Of a DNA stretch of 42,161 nt, positions 1 to 8,905 are shown piece after piece. Numbering within the stretch: the stretch's first letter is position 1; every line of letters begins with the position of its first letter. The translations under genes and the position numbers were made by a program. The DNA is taken from the IMG/VR virus record IMGVR_UViG_3300033076_001203, positions 1 through 42,161 of that record; one strand, 5' to 3'. Under the pieces are notes generated by a model. That model did no database searches, was not told where the DNA came from, and worked only from the letters and a program-made list of their open reading frames with translations. The DNA comes from a virus (taxonomy: Duplodnaviria > Caudoviricetes).

Positions 1-635
1 ATGGCTGGCGCACCGCTTCCAGGGACGAGCGGCAGGGCTTGCACGCGGGGGCGGGCGGGAGTGACTTCGCGCTCGATTGGCATGTCTTGCACTTCTTCCG
101 CTGTCTGCATGCCCAGCGTGATGTCGGGCGCGTAGAGGCGGGCAAAGAACGCAGCCGCACGGTATCGCAGCATAAGCTCGGGCATCGTGAGCCACTTGGA
201 ACCGTTTTTCGTACTCCACCCCTCAGACTTTGCCATCGCCATAGACACTTCCGGCCCCTCGATCACGTCGCCCGATTCAATATCTTTGCAGTGTGCGACA
301 CATGAACGGTTGGCTTTGTCTCCACTCATGCGGAATTGCAGAGGGGTGAACCTCCCTGATGCATTCACCATGGCAATCAGGAATGTGGCACGGAAAGATG
401 GCCGACCGTGGATGATGTCGATGTTCTGAATCACCATGAAGGCGTCCGCTTTCAGGCGATGGGCGATGTTCAGACCGATGGCGCAATTTGCGACATTACC
501 CTGAAATTCCTTCGGGACGAGGCTGGACGAGGAAAGCATCTTTGCTTGCCGCTGGACAAGCTCGAATGCAGCGACATCTCGCTTTGTTTGCGGGTCGATG
601 ATCTCAAGGGCTTCTGTTGGTTGGGTAGTGCTCAT
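1..635 (-). CDS. RecT/Bet-like ssDNA annealing recombinase, N-terminal part (continues across the junction into 41918-42161)
   Basis: Manual translation MSTTQPTEALE...SSLVPKEFQGNVANCAIGL...MVIQNIDIIHGRPSF...WLTMPELMLRYRAAAFFARLYAPDITLGM; ATGA overlap with the upstream exonuclease stop. Not in the ORF track because it crosses the edge. Confidence 0.8.
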   Translation of the reverse strand, partial: MSTTQPTEALEIIDPQTKRDVAAFELVQRQAKMLSSSSLVPKEFQGNVANCAIGLNIAHRLKADAFMVIQNIDIIHGRPSFRATFLIAMVNASGRFTPLQFRMSGDKANRSCVAHCKDIESGDVIEGPEVSMAMAKSEGWSTKNGSKWLTMPELMLRYRAAAFFARLYAPDITLGMQTAEEVQDMPIEREVTPARPRVQALPLVPGSGAPA

Positions 636-1495
636 GGCTGTTCGTCGGTGGTGGTGATTTTGAGTTCTTCCTGCATTGCAGCCCAAGTAGGCCGGGTGGT
701 GATCGTCTCTTTCTCGAAGGCCATCGGCCAGTGGTCGGCGGCGGTAGCGTCAAGGATTCGCTGAATCAAGGTCGCTGCGTAGGCCCATCCTGCTTCGATG
801 TCCTGTGGGGCAAGTTCCGTGACGCATGCCTCATAGGGGGCGGATGAGTCCTGCCAGATGAACTTCCAGCGAGTGCGCTGATCGTTGGGAAACATGGCGT
901 TCCACAGGTTCAGGTAGATTCCGGCCTGCATGTGGTAGCCGAAATTTGCCGTCTGTTTGGCAAAGCCTTCAAGGCTGAACGTGCTGACGGTTTTCAGATC
1001 CGCCAAGAAGTCTTCACCTTGGGGAGCCAGGTCAACGAGCCCTTTCACTTTGGCCCCGTTCACCATGCCTGCCACAATCACCTGAGACTTGGACTTGGCG
1101 AAAATATCGGCGCTGGCTTTGCAGGTCTGAGTCAGCATGTTGACGGCGGCGCGGGCATCTTCCAGCTCGGTAGCGGTCACAATCACCTTTTTCTCGGCTT
1201 CCTGGGTAGCCTTCCAAGTTTGCGCCTCCTTGGTGCGGAAGGAATCGAAAGGTGACAGGGCGATGTCGGAACCTTCAAGCTCTGGTGTCGTTGTCAGGCA
1301 GTCGATCAAGCTGCCCCATCGCATCGCCGCCGTGGTTTCACGCGGCTGGGTATGGTAGCGCCACTTGTAGAGGCTGGACGAATCCAACTCCCAAAGGACG
1401 CTCTTGGACAGGTAGGAGTCAGGATCAAGGATATTCGCCCGATTGCACCGCAGCTTAGCGTGGTAGTCTCTCGGGGAGATTTCAAAGATGTTCAT
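632..1495 (-). CDS. RecE/exonuclease VIII-like PD-(D/E)XK nuclease (DUF3799-like)
   Basis: Likely start MNIFEISPRDYH; motifs KGLVDL..LADLKT and FGYHMQAGIYL; adjacent to the RecT-like gene. Confidence 0.8.
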   Translation of the reverse strand: MNIFEISPRDYHAKLRCNRANILDPDSYLSKSVLWELDSSSLYKWRYHTQPRETTAAMRWGSLIDCLTTTPELEGSDIALSPFDSFRTKEAQTWKATQEAEKKVIVTATELEDARAAVNMLTQTCKASADIFAKSKSQVIVAGMVNGAKVKGLVDLAPQGEDFLADLKTVSTFSLEGFAKQTANFGYHMQAGIYLNLWNAMFPNDQRTRWKFIWQDSSAPYEACVTELAPQDIEAGWAYAATLIQRILDATAADHWPMAFEKETITTRPTWAAMQEELKITTTDEQP

Positions 1496-1535
1496 GTTGG
1501 TGTGCAGATGGTGGTTTGTGGTCGTTTCTGGTAAA

Positions 1536-1940
1536 TCAGGCGGCGCGTTCTGCCAGCAGGTCTGCTTTATCCATGCGGGCAATCGTACGGGTGATTGCTG
1601 GGGAGTCTTCGCGAAACCTCTCCTCAACATAGGCTTTGGCCTCTTCTTGGATCTCTGGTGACAGGAACTCCCACATAGGCACGTCGCACACGAAGATTTC
1701 GTGAAGAGTTGTTCCGGTGTGGTCGAGGTCGAGGTGGGGGTATTTTGGCCACTGGTGTTTCTCGCCAATGAACTCGCCTTTGAACTCAGGGGAGTTTACG
1801 AACTTAAGGGCGGCATGCAGCTTGTCGGCCAGTTCTTGAAGAGCGTTAGCCTCTTCGTGGAACCGTGTAGCGAACGCGAAATTCCCGTGGCCGTCGGGCT
1901 TGAGGGTGTCGAGAAGGGCGGTGATGTAGGCGGTGGTCAT
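1536..1940 (-). CDS. Hypothetical phage protein
   Basis: Start MTTAYIT overlaps the upstream stop (TAATG). Confidence 0.6.
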   Translation of the reverse strand: MTTAYITALLDTLKPDGHGNFAFATRFHEEANALQELADKLHAALKFVNSPEFKGEFIGEKHQWPKYPHLDLDHTGTTLHEIFVCDVPMWEFLSPEIQEEAKAYVEERFREDSPAITRTIARMDKADLLAERAA

Positions 1941-3010
1941 TACAGTGAGGCAGCTTGGGTTTCGATCCACTTGGCAAATCCTTCGATCTTGGCCGTGATT
2001 TCAGCCATGACCGCTTTGCCTTCGGCGGTGGCGGCTTCCGGCGTCTTGAGCGTGCGGACAGTGGCGGCAAAGGACAGAGCCTTTTGCTTGTCGGGTGCGC
2101 GGGCTGCTTTCTTCTGGGCGGCAGCTTCTGCGGCGGCAGCTTTCTCCTCTGCGGCCTTTTGGGCTGCAATCTCTGCCTCCAGTTTGGCGCGGGCGTCCCG
2201 CTCTTTCTTTGCGGCTGCATCGGCTTCCGCCTTGATGCGGGCAAGCTCCCGTTCCGCTGCCTCGCGTTCGGCCTTGGCCTTGGCTTCGATGGCCTCGCGT
2301 TCCTTGCGGGCTTTCTCGGCTGCTTCACGCTGTGCTTTCTCCGCTGCCTCGCGTTCGGCCTTGGCCTTGGCCTCACGCTCCGCCGCTTCTTGGCGCAGGC
2401 GCTCATTCTCGATGCGCAGACGCTCACGTTCTGCGGCCTCTGCCTGCTCGCGGGCGATGCGCTCAGCTTCGGCTTTGCGGGCGGCTTCAATCTTGGCGGC
2501 GTGGAGGAGTTTGGCGTCGGCGAGATAGGATTCCCATTGCTCGGCGCTCATGGCGTCGAGGGCTGGCACCTGCTGGCCTTCGGCAAGATAGGGGGCAAGT
2601 TCAGAGGTGCGGCGGGCAAGCGTGGCTTGCCGCTCGGCTTCTGCCAGGCGCTCGGCAAACTTCTCCTGCTCGTCAAGATGACGCTCCATGGGGACGATTG
2701 CGGCCTCCAGAAGATTGTACACGCCGTCGATAGCGCGGCCCATGAGGAGAGCGTCAGCCTTGAGAGCCTTGCGGGCTTTGTCAGCGTTGACTCGAACATT
2801 CTTCAATTCGAGCCGAATCGTGCGGGCAAGCTTCATTTCGGCCTTTTGATCGGCACTGGTGACTTTGATAGCGAGGGCTTGAACGCGCCACTTCTCGGCC
2901 TGCTCGAATGCGGATTTAAACCCGGCTTCGATGTTGGTTAGGAGTGAGGCAGGAAGTTGGTCTTTTTCAGGAACGACGATAGCAATAGCGGTGTTTTCAG
3001 TGGTATTCAT
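1940..3010 (-). CDS. Coiled-coil phage protein (DUF1351/Gam-like region plus Ala/Glu/Arg-rich repeats)
   Basis: ELKNVRVNADKARKALK...IDGVYNLL motif and long EAER repeats, in the recombination module. Confidence 0.6.
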   Translation of the reverse strand: MNTTENTAIAIVVPEKDQLPASLLTNIEAGFKSAFEQAEKWRVQALAIKVTSADQKAEMKLARTIRLELKNVRVNADKARKALKADALLMGRAIDGVYNLLEAAIVPMERHLDEQEKFAERLAEAERQATLARRTSELAPYLAEGQQVPALDAMSAEQWESYLADAKLLHAAKIEAARKAEAERIAREQAEAAERERLRIENERLRQEAAEREAKAKAEREAAEKAQREAAEKARKEREAIEAKAKAEREAAERELARIKAEADAAAKKERDARAKLEAEIAAQKAAEEKAAAAEAAAQKKAARAPDKQKALSFAATVRTLKTPEAATAEGKAVMAEITAKIEGFAKWIETQAASL

Positions 3011-3049
3011 GGCGTGGTGGAAAATGGTTGCTTGTGAATGGAAGTGGTA

Positions 3050-3325
3050 TCAATGCCCTTTGTAGTGCCACCAGCCCAGGACTGAGGCCAGCAGGGAGAC
3101 GAGGCAGCAGGCTTCGGCGATTCCGCGCATGAAGTCGGCGGCGATGAAACCGCGTTCGGATGGTTTCGGAAAACTCATGACGCGGTGATCCATACGGGGC
3201 CGCGCTTTGAGTTCCTTGTAGTTCTGCCAAACTCGGCAAGCCAGAAGGATGAAGGCTGGAGCGAGAGCAGCGATAAGCACGCCGCAGAGGTCGAGGAGCC
3301 AGTGATGTTCAGGGGTGGGGTTCAT
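3050..3325 (-). CDS. Small membrane protein, two hydrophobic segments
   Basis: ORF track; overlap-coupled to its neighbour. Confidence 0.5.
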   Translation of the reverse strand: MNPTPEHHWLLDLCGVLIAALAPAFILLACRVWQNYKELKARPRMDHRVMSFPKPSERGFIAADFMRGIAEACCLVSLLASVLGWWHYKGH

Positions 3326-3642
3326 GGTTTGATTTCTCCTTTTGCTTTTGAGATTGCACGGCGGATCACTCCCGCCACTTCGTGCGTTTCATCCTCGGGC
3401 CTCATGTCGCACTCACGCCATAAAGCCATGAATGATTCGCAGGCTTCGAGGAGTTCTGGAGCGGCGGCAAACAGACGCGCTGTGTGCCCCTCGGTTTCGC
3501 AGGTGTCGCCCGGTTGCCCGTTCTCAATGGTAGCCACATGGAAATGGGGTGAAGATTCCGAGACGACAACCCAGCGCTCCGGATCGCCATCCCATCCTTT
3601 GGAAGCCATCAAAGGCCCCGGTGTGTGAAGTGGAGTGCTCAT
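3322..3642 (-). CDS. Hypothetical phage early protein (HTPGP...ARLFAAAPELLEA family)
   Basis: Common phage motif; the start MSTPLHTPGP overlaps the previous stop. Confidence 0.7.
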   Translation of the reverse strand: MSTPLHTPGPLMASKGWDGDPERWVVVSESSPHFHVATIENGQPGDTCETEGHTARLFAAAPELLEACESFMALWRECDMRPEDETHEVAGVIRRAISKAKGEIKP

Positions 3643-3869
3643 TCTGCGGAGATCTTGGCGATGAAGTTGCGAATGGACCCAGCAACGGTATGCTGGCGGT
3701 CGGCGGTGATTTCTCCCTCGCTGACAAGGAAGGCGGCGATGGACGGCGCGTTGTGGCCTTTCTTGACCATGGCGACGATAAGCTCGCGGTAGTCCTCGGC
3801 CTTGAAGCCGGGGCGCTGGGGCTGTTTCCAGCTGCGGGATTTCGTGATGAGTTTGGCGATGGATGGCAT
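3639..3869 (-). CDS. Hypothetical protein, possibly DNA-binding
   Basis: ORF within the operon; basic and helical. Confidence 0.55.
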   Translation of the reverse strand: MPSIAKLITKSRSWKQPQRPGFKAEDYRELIVAMVKKGHNAPSIAAFLVSEGEITADRQHTVAGSIRNFIAKISAE

Positions 3870-3896
3870 GGCGGTGGTGCTTTCTGGTTTGTCTGA

Positions 3897-4088
3897 CTAA
3901 ATGCGGGGAAGGTTCTTGAGCTTGTCGGAGCAGTTGCGCGACATCCACTTGCGGGCTGCGGCTTCGGTCACGCGGAGGCCTTGAAAACCGGGGATCTTCT
4001 TGGCTTCGAGATTGCCGTCTTTGATGTGCTTGCGCACTGTCGGCACGGTCACGCCTGCTGCGGTGGCGAGTTGGGCGAGGGAGAACAT
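3897..4088 (-). CDS. Excisionase-like HTH DNA-binding protein
   Basis: MFSLAQLATAAGVTVPTVRKHIKDGNLEAKKI matches the MerR/Xis (HTH_17) pattern. Confidence 0.7.
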   Translation of the reverse strand: MFSLAQLATAAGVTVPTVRKHIKDGNLEAKKIPGFQGLRVTEAAARKWMSRNCSDKLKNLPRI

Positions 4089-4094
4089 GGCGGG

Positions 4095-4394
4095 TTATTC
4101 AGCGCGGTTCAGTGGCTTGTCTTCCTTCTGGCCGGTGCAGTAGATGTCGCAACCGCCGTTCACCTTGCGGCAGGAGTAGATCTTCTTGGTGCGCTTGCCT
4201 GCGACGTGTGCGCGGTGAAAAAGCACGGTTTGCTTGATGGGGCCGCGATACTCAAGGCACTGGCCGACAGCGATGCCCTCGATCAGAAGACTAAGGCTGT
4301 CTTTCTGGCGGGGCTTGAGGTTGTTGGCTCGGGCCGGTGGGGCCTTGGTGACAACGTTGATAGATGGGGCGGTGGTGGTCGTGGTGGTGTTCAT
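4095..4394 (-). CDS. Hypothetical protein
   Basis: Start MNTTTTTT follows a C/A-rich leader. Confidence 0.5.
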   Translation of the reverse strand: MNTTTTTTAPSINVVTKAPPARANNLKPRQKDSLSLLIEGIAVGQCLEYRGPIKQTVLFHRAHVAGKRTKKIYSCRKVNGGCDIYCTGQKEDKPLNRAE

Positions 4395-4438
4395 GGGTGT
4401 ATGTGGTGGGAAATGCTGTTTTCTGGTTGTTGCGGGTA

Positions 4439-4645
4439 TTAGGAGGCGCGGGCAATACCGAAGCCGCACGCTTTTTGCCATGTAGCCAGAAGGTTGCGGG
4501 AGTGTGCAGCGCTTTGCTTTGCCATAGAAAGATGGCGCAGGCGGTACTGTCCTCGGTGTTTGAGAGCCTGCCGGATGTCGCTCAGGGCGATCTTGCGCCA
4601 TTCGAGGGCCATGAGTAGGAGGATGAGGGTGGTGGTGAGTTTCAT
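4439..4645 (-). CDS. Hypothetical protein
   Basis: Start MKLTTTLILL; operon context. Confidence 0.45.
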   Translation of the reverse strand: MKLTTTLILLLMALEWRKIALSDIRQALKHRGQYRLRHLSMAKQSAAHSRNLLATWQKACGFGIARAS

Positions 4646-4790
4646 GCTGTCTGAAAGGTGCTCGCAGCTTCCCCTGCGGCTGGTAGGTGTGTCTTTGCTG
4701 TCCTCGCGCTGGGTTTCTTGGCCCCAGTCCATCCGGTCGCAGTGTCCGCGCCCTGGTGTCTCGACTCTGCCTGCCCGGCAGATGGGAAAT

Positions 4791-5516
4791 TCATGCAGCC
4801 TCAGCAACAGGCGCGCCGATCAACTCGTTGACTCGAATGTAACGGCGCACCCATTCGATGCCGCGCGAGGTGAAGCGGGTCTGCTTGAAAGCGTGCTCAT
4901 TGGCCTCGCCTGTCTTGATCGCGAAGTATCCAGCATCAAGCCACTGCGCGAAAGGCTGGAGGCTGCCATTCTCGCGGAAGAGCACCTTGCGCTCAAAGCA
5001 CATGGCAATGAAGGCGTTTTGCTGAAGGCCCAAAATCTTGGCCGTCTCGCGGATCCCAAACAGGCCCTCCGCCTTCACGAAGCGCTCCACGTATTCCACG
5101 GCGGGTTGCTGCTGCGCGATGGTGAGTTGCAGCTTCTCGTTTTCCTCGATCTTGTCAGCGAGCAAGCGCAGCGCGGAAGGGTGGTTGATAAAGCTGCCGG
5201 TCTTGCGGATGGAGGGCAGGACTTCGGCGGTCACCCATTTCTTGAACGCCTTGGCTTCGGGCTTGCGGCTCTTGAAGGTCAGGGCGTACAGGCCGGATTC
5301 GTTGATGAGGTTGACCTGATGAGGGATTCCGGCGCGTGGATTACCCTTATCATTGGTAAGGGTAAACTTTTCGTCGTCATCGAGGTCGCGGATGGCGTTG
5401 GTGACTTGATCCAAGCCGAGAACGTTACAAACGTCAGCAGCGATAAACCAAGGCTCGCCATCGCGGAGGATGGTGCGCACTTCGGTGCCGTGGAAAGTGA
5501 AAGGGGTGATGCTCAC
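4791..5516 (-). CDS. Phage antirepressor (BRO-N plus KilAC/ANT domain)
   Basis: GEPWFIAADVC, INESGLYAL..SRKPEAKAFKKWVTAEVLPSIRKTG; C-terminal IRETAKIL..QTRFTSRG. Confidence 0.9.
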   Translation of the reverse strand: MSITPFTFHGTEVRTILRDGEPWFIAADVCNVLGLDQVTNAIRDLDDDEKFTLTNDKGNPRAGIPHQVNLINESGLYALTFKSRKPEAKAFKKWVTAEVLPSIRKTGSFINHPSALRLLADKIEENEKLQLTIAQQQPAVEYVERFVKAEGLFGIRETAKILGLQQNAFIAMCFERKVLFRENGSLQPFAQWLDAGYFAIKTGEANEHAFKQTRFTSRGIEWVRRYIRVNELIGAPVAEAA

Positions 5517-5692
5517 TTGGTGGCTCCTTTCTGCTTGCGGGAGTTGCGAGCTTTTGCCTTGCGCATGGCGAGGCGAAGGCGGCGATTGACGAGATTAGAG
5601 AGGCTGCGCCCCTCCGCTGCTGCGTCAGCCTCCAATGTGGTGATAAGGTCCGAGTCGATGCTGATAGATTTTCGCTTGAATGCTGTGCTCAT
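5513..5692 (-). CDS. Ribbon-helix-helix (Arc/CopG-like) regulator, in the Cro-equivalent position
   Basis: 59 aa, below the ORF-track cutoff: MSTAFKRKSISIDSDLITTLEADAAAEGRSLSNLVNRRLRLAM...; beta-strand followed by the GRSLSNLV helix motif. Confidence 0.75.
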   Translation of the reverse strand: MSTAFKRKSISIDSDLITTLEADAAAEGRSLSNLVNRRLRLAMRKAKARNSRKQKGATK

Positions 5693-5711
5693 AATTCGCG
5701 TTGCTGTTTTG

Positions 5712-5792
5712 ATTCTGGAGCATGTTTAATAAACCGTCAACACGTTTAATAAACAAATTTGTGGACGGCTCCCTTTTCTGGTGTTTAATACT
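5712..5792. promoter_or_regulatory. Divergent promoter/operator region (genetic switch)
   Basis: Palindrome GTTTAATAAAC at 5724-5734 and 5744-5754, partial copy at 5783-5791; leftward TTGACG-17-CAGAAT; a rightward -10-like element ends about 7 nt before ATG 5799. Confidence 0.75.
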
Positions 5793-5798
5793 TGAATC

Positions 5799-6140
5799 AT
5801 GGCTAAAAAAACCACATCCAAGCCCCGTCAATATGGCCGTCAGGCCGAGGGCAAGACTATCAAATCCCTGTCGTTAGAGACAGAGGTAGCTGAATGGGCG
5901 GAAACAGAGGCTAAAAAGCAAGGCGTCAGCTTTAGCGCCTTCGTGAACAACTTGCTCAAAGGGGGCGTGAAGCTCCTCTTTTTTATCGCTTGTTGCTCCG
6001 CTCTCTTCCACTTCGCCAGTGGCAAGCATCCGCTAGAAGCCGCGCTCTACGGCATCGGTGATGCGTTCAAGGCTGCGTTCTACGTCGGGCAATTTGCCGC
6101 TGTCACCGCCTTTGAGATCACAAAGGCCGTCCTCTCCTAG
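5799..6140 (+). CDS. RHH DNA-binding protein with hydrophobic C-terminal segments (putative membrane-tethered repressor)
   Basis: KTIKSLSLETEVAEWAETEAKKQGVSFSAFVNNLL, then LLFFIACCSALFHFA and AAFYVGQFAAVTAF. Confidence 0.65.
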   Translation: MAKKTTSKPRQYGRQAEGKTIKSLSLETEVAEWAETEAKKQGVSFSAFVNNLLKGGVKLLFFIACCSALFHFASGKHPLEAALYGIGDAFKAAFYVGQFAAVTAFEITKAVLS

Positions 6141-6275
6141 CTAACAATACCCCCAGCTCGCGCCACGCGGCAAAACAAGATTTAGCGTCTTACTCATACC
6201 GCAGCATAAGCAATCCGCCCCACCCGTCAAAGCGAAACCTGTATTACACGCACTGTGAATAACTCAGAAACATTG

Positions 6276-6590
6276 CTATTGACTAAGAGCACCACGCGGC
6301 GGCTCTCTATGCTGGATGGCGTCAAGGGCCGCTTGGATCTTGGCCTCACGCTGTGCTTTTTCTCGCGCTTCTTGAATCTCAACTTCGCGCTTGGCCTTTT
6401 GGCCCAGCTCTTCCAGCGTCTCACGCACAGAGGGTGTCAGAGCGCGATTGATGGCTTGCTGACGCTCTTCGCGCTCTTGGCGAGAGTTTCCCATGTTGAT
6501 TGCAACAACGAGCATGAACAGGAAAAAGAAGCCGACGTAGAAGGCGATGCGCGCTCCGGCTCCATACTCGAAAAGTTTGGCTTGTTTCAT
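6276..6590 (-). CDS. Single-pass membrane protein with coiled-coil tail
   Basis: IAFYVGFFFLFMLVVAI TM segment, then a charged helix. Confidence 0.55.
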   Translation of the reverse strand: MKQAKLFEYGAGARIAFYVGFFFLFMLVVAINMGNSRQEREERQQAINRALTPSVRETLEELGQKAKREVEIQEAREKAQREAKIQAALDAIQHREPPRGALSQ

Positions 6591-6654
6591 GCCGCCACGA
6601 TGCAGCCTGCCGCCTGATTCTGTCAACGCGAAGAAACCACTTGCACACACCCCT

Positions 6655-7347
6655 ATGAGCACATCGAATACTGCCTCCCCAAAAGAAAAATACTGCCGTT
6701 ATACCCTTGATCAGCTCAGGGAGTCTGCGTTGTTTACTCCTGAGCGCTTTGCCGAAATATCCACTGAAGTGAAGGATCGCCTTCATCCCGTCTATCTTGC
6801 CAATGGGGCCGAAGTGCCTCACGCCCGATTTGTGGAAACCTCAGCCCCCGGCAAGGGCTGGCTCCATCCACGTGTGGAGGAAGATCACCAGTGGGAACAC
6901 GCCCACAGAACCGCCCTTGCATATGCCCTCACCGATGCCGAGTTCGATCTAGTTGAACGCGTTTTTTGGTCCGCCTGGAATCGCCAGAAGGAAAAAGAGC
7001 GTTTTGAAAAAGCGGCAAAAATCCCCGTCAGTGCATGGAGCGACGGAGTGTTTATTGGTGACTCATACTTCTCCAACATTGACGAAGCGCTCGATCACAT
7101 CGCCTCCATGGACGAGGATCGCCCCGCTTATGCGTGGGCTGCAAAATCACAACCTGTTGTTGATGATGCTGACGCCGCAGAATACGCTTCAAACTTCATC
7201 GACTCAAACGGATGGGAGGATATGAGCGTTAACGATCTGCACGGCGTTGAAGAGCTGCAACACGCCTTGGAGCTTTTCCGCGAAAGGAACAGTGGCGTAC
7301 TTAGCTTCACGCCGGACCACGGTACGGCTATCTGCATTCCTGAATAA
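6655..7347 (+). CDS. Hypothetical acidic protein
   Basis: Long ORF, likely start MSTSNTASP. Confidence 0.65.
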   Translation: MSTSNTASPKEKYCRYTLDQLRESALFTPERFAEISTEVKDRLHPVYLANGAEVPHARFVETSAPGKGWLHPRVEEDHQWEHAHRTALAYALTDAEFDLVERVFWSAWNRQKEKERFEKAAKIPVSAWSDGVFIGDSYFSNIDEALDHIASMDEDRPAYAWAAKSQPVVDDADAAEYASNFIDSNGWEDMSVNDLHGVEELQHALELFRERNSGVLSFTPDHGTAICIPE

Positions 7348-7374
7348 AGAAGCCACGAACAACCACGATATAGC

Positions 7375-7818
7375 ATGAACACCACTGCACCACCCGCCAC
7401 ATTCCGCGCCCACGGTAAAGATTGGTTTCCTCACACGCCGGGAGATCCGATGCCGTGCGATCCCACTAGGGAGGTATGGGTTCTTTTTCGTGACCGCCCT
7501 TCCAACTTCTCATCTAAAAAATGGAATTGGCATGATCTTAACATAGATGAACCGATGGAGCAAATCATCGGCTGGCGCTACGCCGCGCCCCAGCCCAAAG
7601 CCGAGCCAACAGAGCTTGAGCGGCTGCAGGAGGAAAACCGCCTGATGCTCATCGCGATCCAGGAGGCTCACACAACGCTCACTCAAATCCACAACCACGG
7701 ACGCGGCTCCGAAGTCCTCCCTGCCCGTTTAGACGATGATCCATCTTGCTCTTGGGTAGTCAACTTCACAGCAACGACAAACACACTTCTTAAACTCCAA
7801 CCCTTCATCAAGCCATGA
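7375..7818 (+). CDS. Hypothetical phage protein (WFPHTPGDPMP...IIGWRY family)
   Basis: ORF track; phage-typical motif. Confidence 0.65.
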   Translation: MNTTAPPATFRAHGKDWFPHTPGDPMPCDPTREVWVLFRDRPSNFSSKKWNWHDLNIDEPMEQIIGWRYAAPQPKAEPTELERLQEENRLMLIAIQEAHTTLTQIHNHGRGSEVLPARLDDDPSCSWVVNFTATTNTLLKLQPFIKP

Positions 7819-7916
7819 AACTAACCCAAGAACAGAAACGTGTGAAGCTGGCGGAGGCGCTGGGGTGGCGCATACGCCGAAAAGAGAAAAGCATTAGCTG
7901 CCGCGCGAATGATTGA
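7815..7916 (+). pseudogene. Short, probably truncated ORF (MKLTQEQKRVKLAEALGW...)
   Basis: Coupled start; the N-terminus resembles longer phage proteins but the ORF stops at 33 aa. Confidence 0.35.
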
Positions 7917-7934
7917 ACACGAAAGAGGCCGCAC

Positions 7935-8273
7935 GTGAAACCCTTCAACTGCCCCGAATGCCCAAATAGGACACAACCATGCCAAGACTGTTTTGAAACT
8001 GGAACTAGAGCGCCTTTTATGAAATCAATCACCCGAACAATTGCCGCCCGCATTGGCGACCCTCCTGCCGTTTTGAGGCTGGCGGAAAAACGTGTTCGTT
8101 CATTGGTGAACCACCACTGGCACACCCAAGGCTCTTTCAATGTGAACAACCTCGCGCAATCCTGCTATATGCAGGGAATGGACGATGCGTTTGAATCGTT
8201 GAGGGAAAAGGGAATCAGCTTGCCGTTGCCATCACAAATAGAGCAATTCACCCCATCCAATTATGAGCACTGA
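7935..8273 (+). CDS. Hypothetical protein (start 7935 or 8019)
   Basis: ORF track. Confidence 0.5.
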   Translation: MKPFNCPECPNRTQPCQDCFETGTRAPFMKSITRTIAARIGDPPAVLRLAEKRVRSLVNHHWHTQGSFNVNNLAQSCYMQGMDDAFESLREKGISLPLPSQIEQFTPSNYEH

Positions 8274-8439
8274 TATGAACTACCCGCTCTCCAAATGTTG
8301 TGGCGCTGATCCAATCGGAGAAATCCATGATAGCTTTGCATTTTGCTCGCGCTGCAAGGAAATGGCCGAATTTGAAGACTGTGACGAATCACCAGAATTA
8401 ACCCATGAAAATGCTGAAACGCTTGATCCAAATCATTGA
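8263..8439 (+). CDS. Small Cys-rich (zinc-ribbon-like) protein
   Basis: MSTDMNYPLSKCCGADP...FCSRCKEMAEF. Confidence 0.5.
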   Translation: MSTDMNYPLSKCCGADPIGEIHDSFAFCSRCKEMAEFEDCDESPELTHENAETLDPNH

Positions 8440-8534
8440 CGCCATTTTTAGCGAATCCTCATACGATAAAATGAACCGCGAGCGCCAAGAACGCGGTCAG
8501 CCGCCCATTGTTTTTTGGTAAAACCGCCATCGCT

Positions 8535-8771
8535 ATGAACACTGATTTTTGGTATCTTTCATGGGCGCGCTTAGCACTTACTCCGTCCATCACCAATCGA
8601 GGCGATGGCTCTAGGCCGCGAAGGCATTGGGCGAAAGTGGGGACTTATGCAGAAAAAAGAAAGGCAATCGCTCGCCGGAACATGATTGCTCAAGAGCGTG
8701 CCGAAAACATGACGAAATTGACCAAATTTCCACGTAACACACTGTTCATCAATAACCGAGCGCAAGACTAA
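8535..8771 (+). CDS. Hypothetical basic protein ending inside the att core
   Basis: ORF track; the stop TAA lies in the tRNA-like fragment. Confidence 0.35.
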   Translation: MNTDFWYLSWARLALTPSITNRGDGSRPRRHWAKVGTYAEKRKAIARRNMIAQERAENMTKLTKFPRNTLFINNRAQD

Positions 8772-8817
8772 GGATCTTGTGCCGAAAGGCTTAAGGGTTC
8801 GAGTCCCTTCCCGAGCA
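8760..8817 (+). tRNA. 3' part of tRNA-Leu (anticodon AAG), lacking the 5' acceptor strand/D arm; putative attP core
   Basis: CAAGA-CTAAGGA-TCTTG anticodon arm, GCCGAAAGGC variable arm, AAGGG-TTCGAGT-CCCTT T arm, CCCGAGC-A; no matching 5' half upstream; the integrase is nearby. Confidence 0.8.
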
Positions 8818-8821
8818 CTCC

Positions 8822-8860
8822 CAAAAACACCCCCTCTTACGAGGGGAACCTTTGTTTTTG
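8822..8860 (+). terminator. Intrinsic terminator after the tRNA fragment
   Basis: CCCCTC-TTAC-GAGGGG hairpin followed by a T-rich run. Confidence 0.6.
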
Positions 8861-8905
8861 CTCGGTTTTACCTCGGTTTTGGCTATGATTCGGCTATGGT
8901 CGTTT

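Noticed and set aside
2253-2371. 32-bp direct repeat resembling a CRISPR repeat or cassette boundary
   Set aside because: Only two copies, in frame inside a coiled-coil gene (AKAKAEREAAE); it is a protein repeat.
1701-2941. Long + strand ORFs (also 4494-5729, 19248-20030, 37142-38089)
   Set aside because: Antisense shadows of GC-rich, well-supported - strand genes, with no recognisable motifs.
8760-8817. Functional phage tRNA gene
   Set aside because: The 5' acceptor strand and D arm are absent; it fits an attP core.
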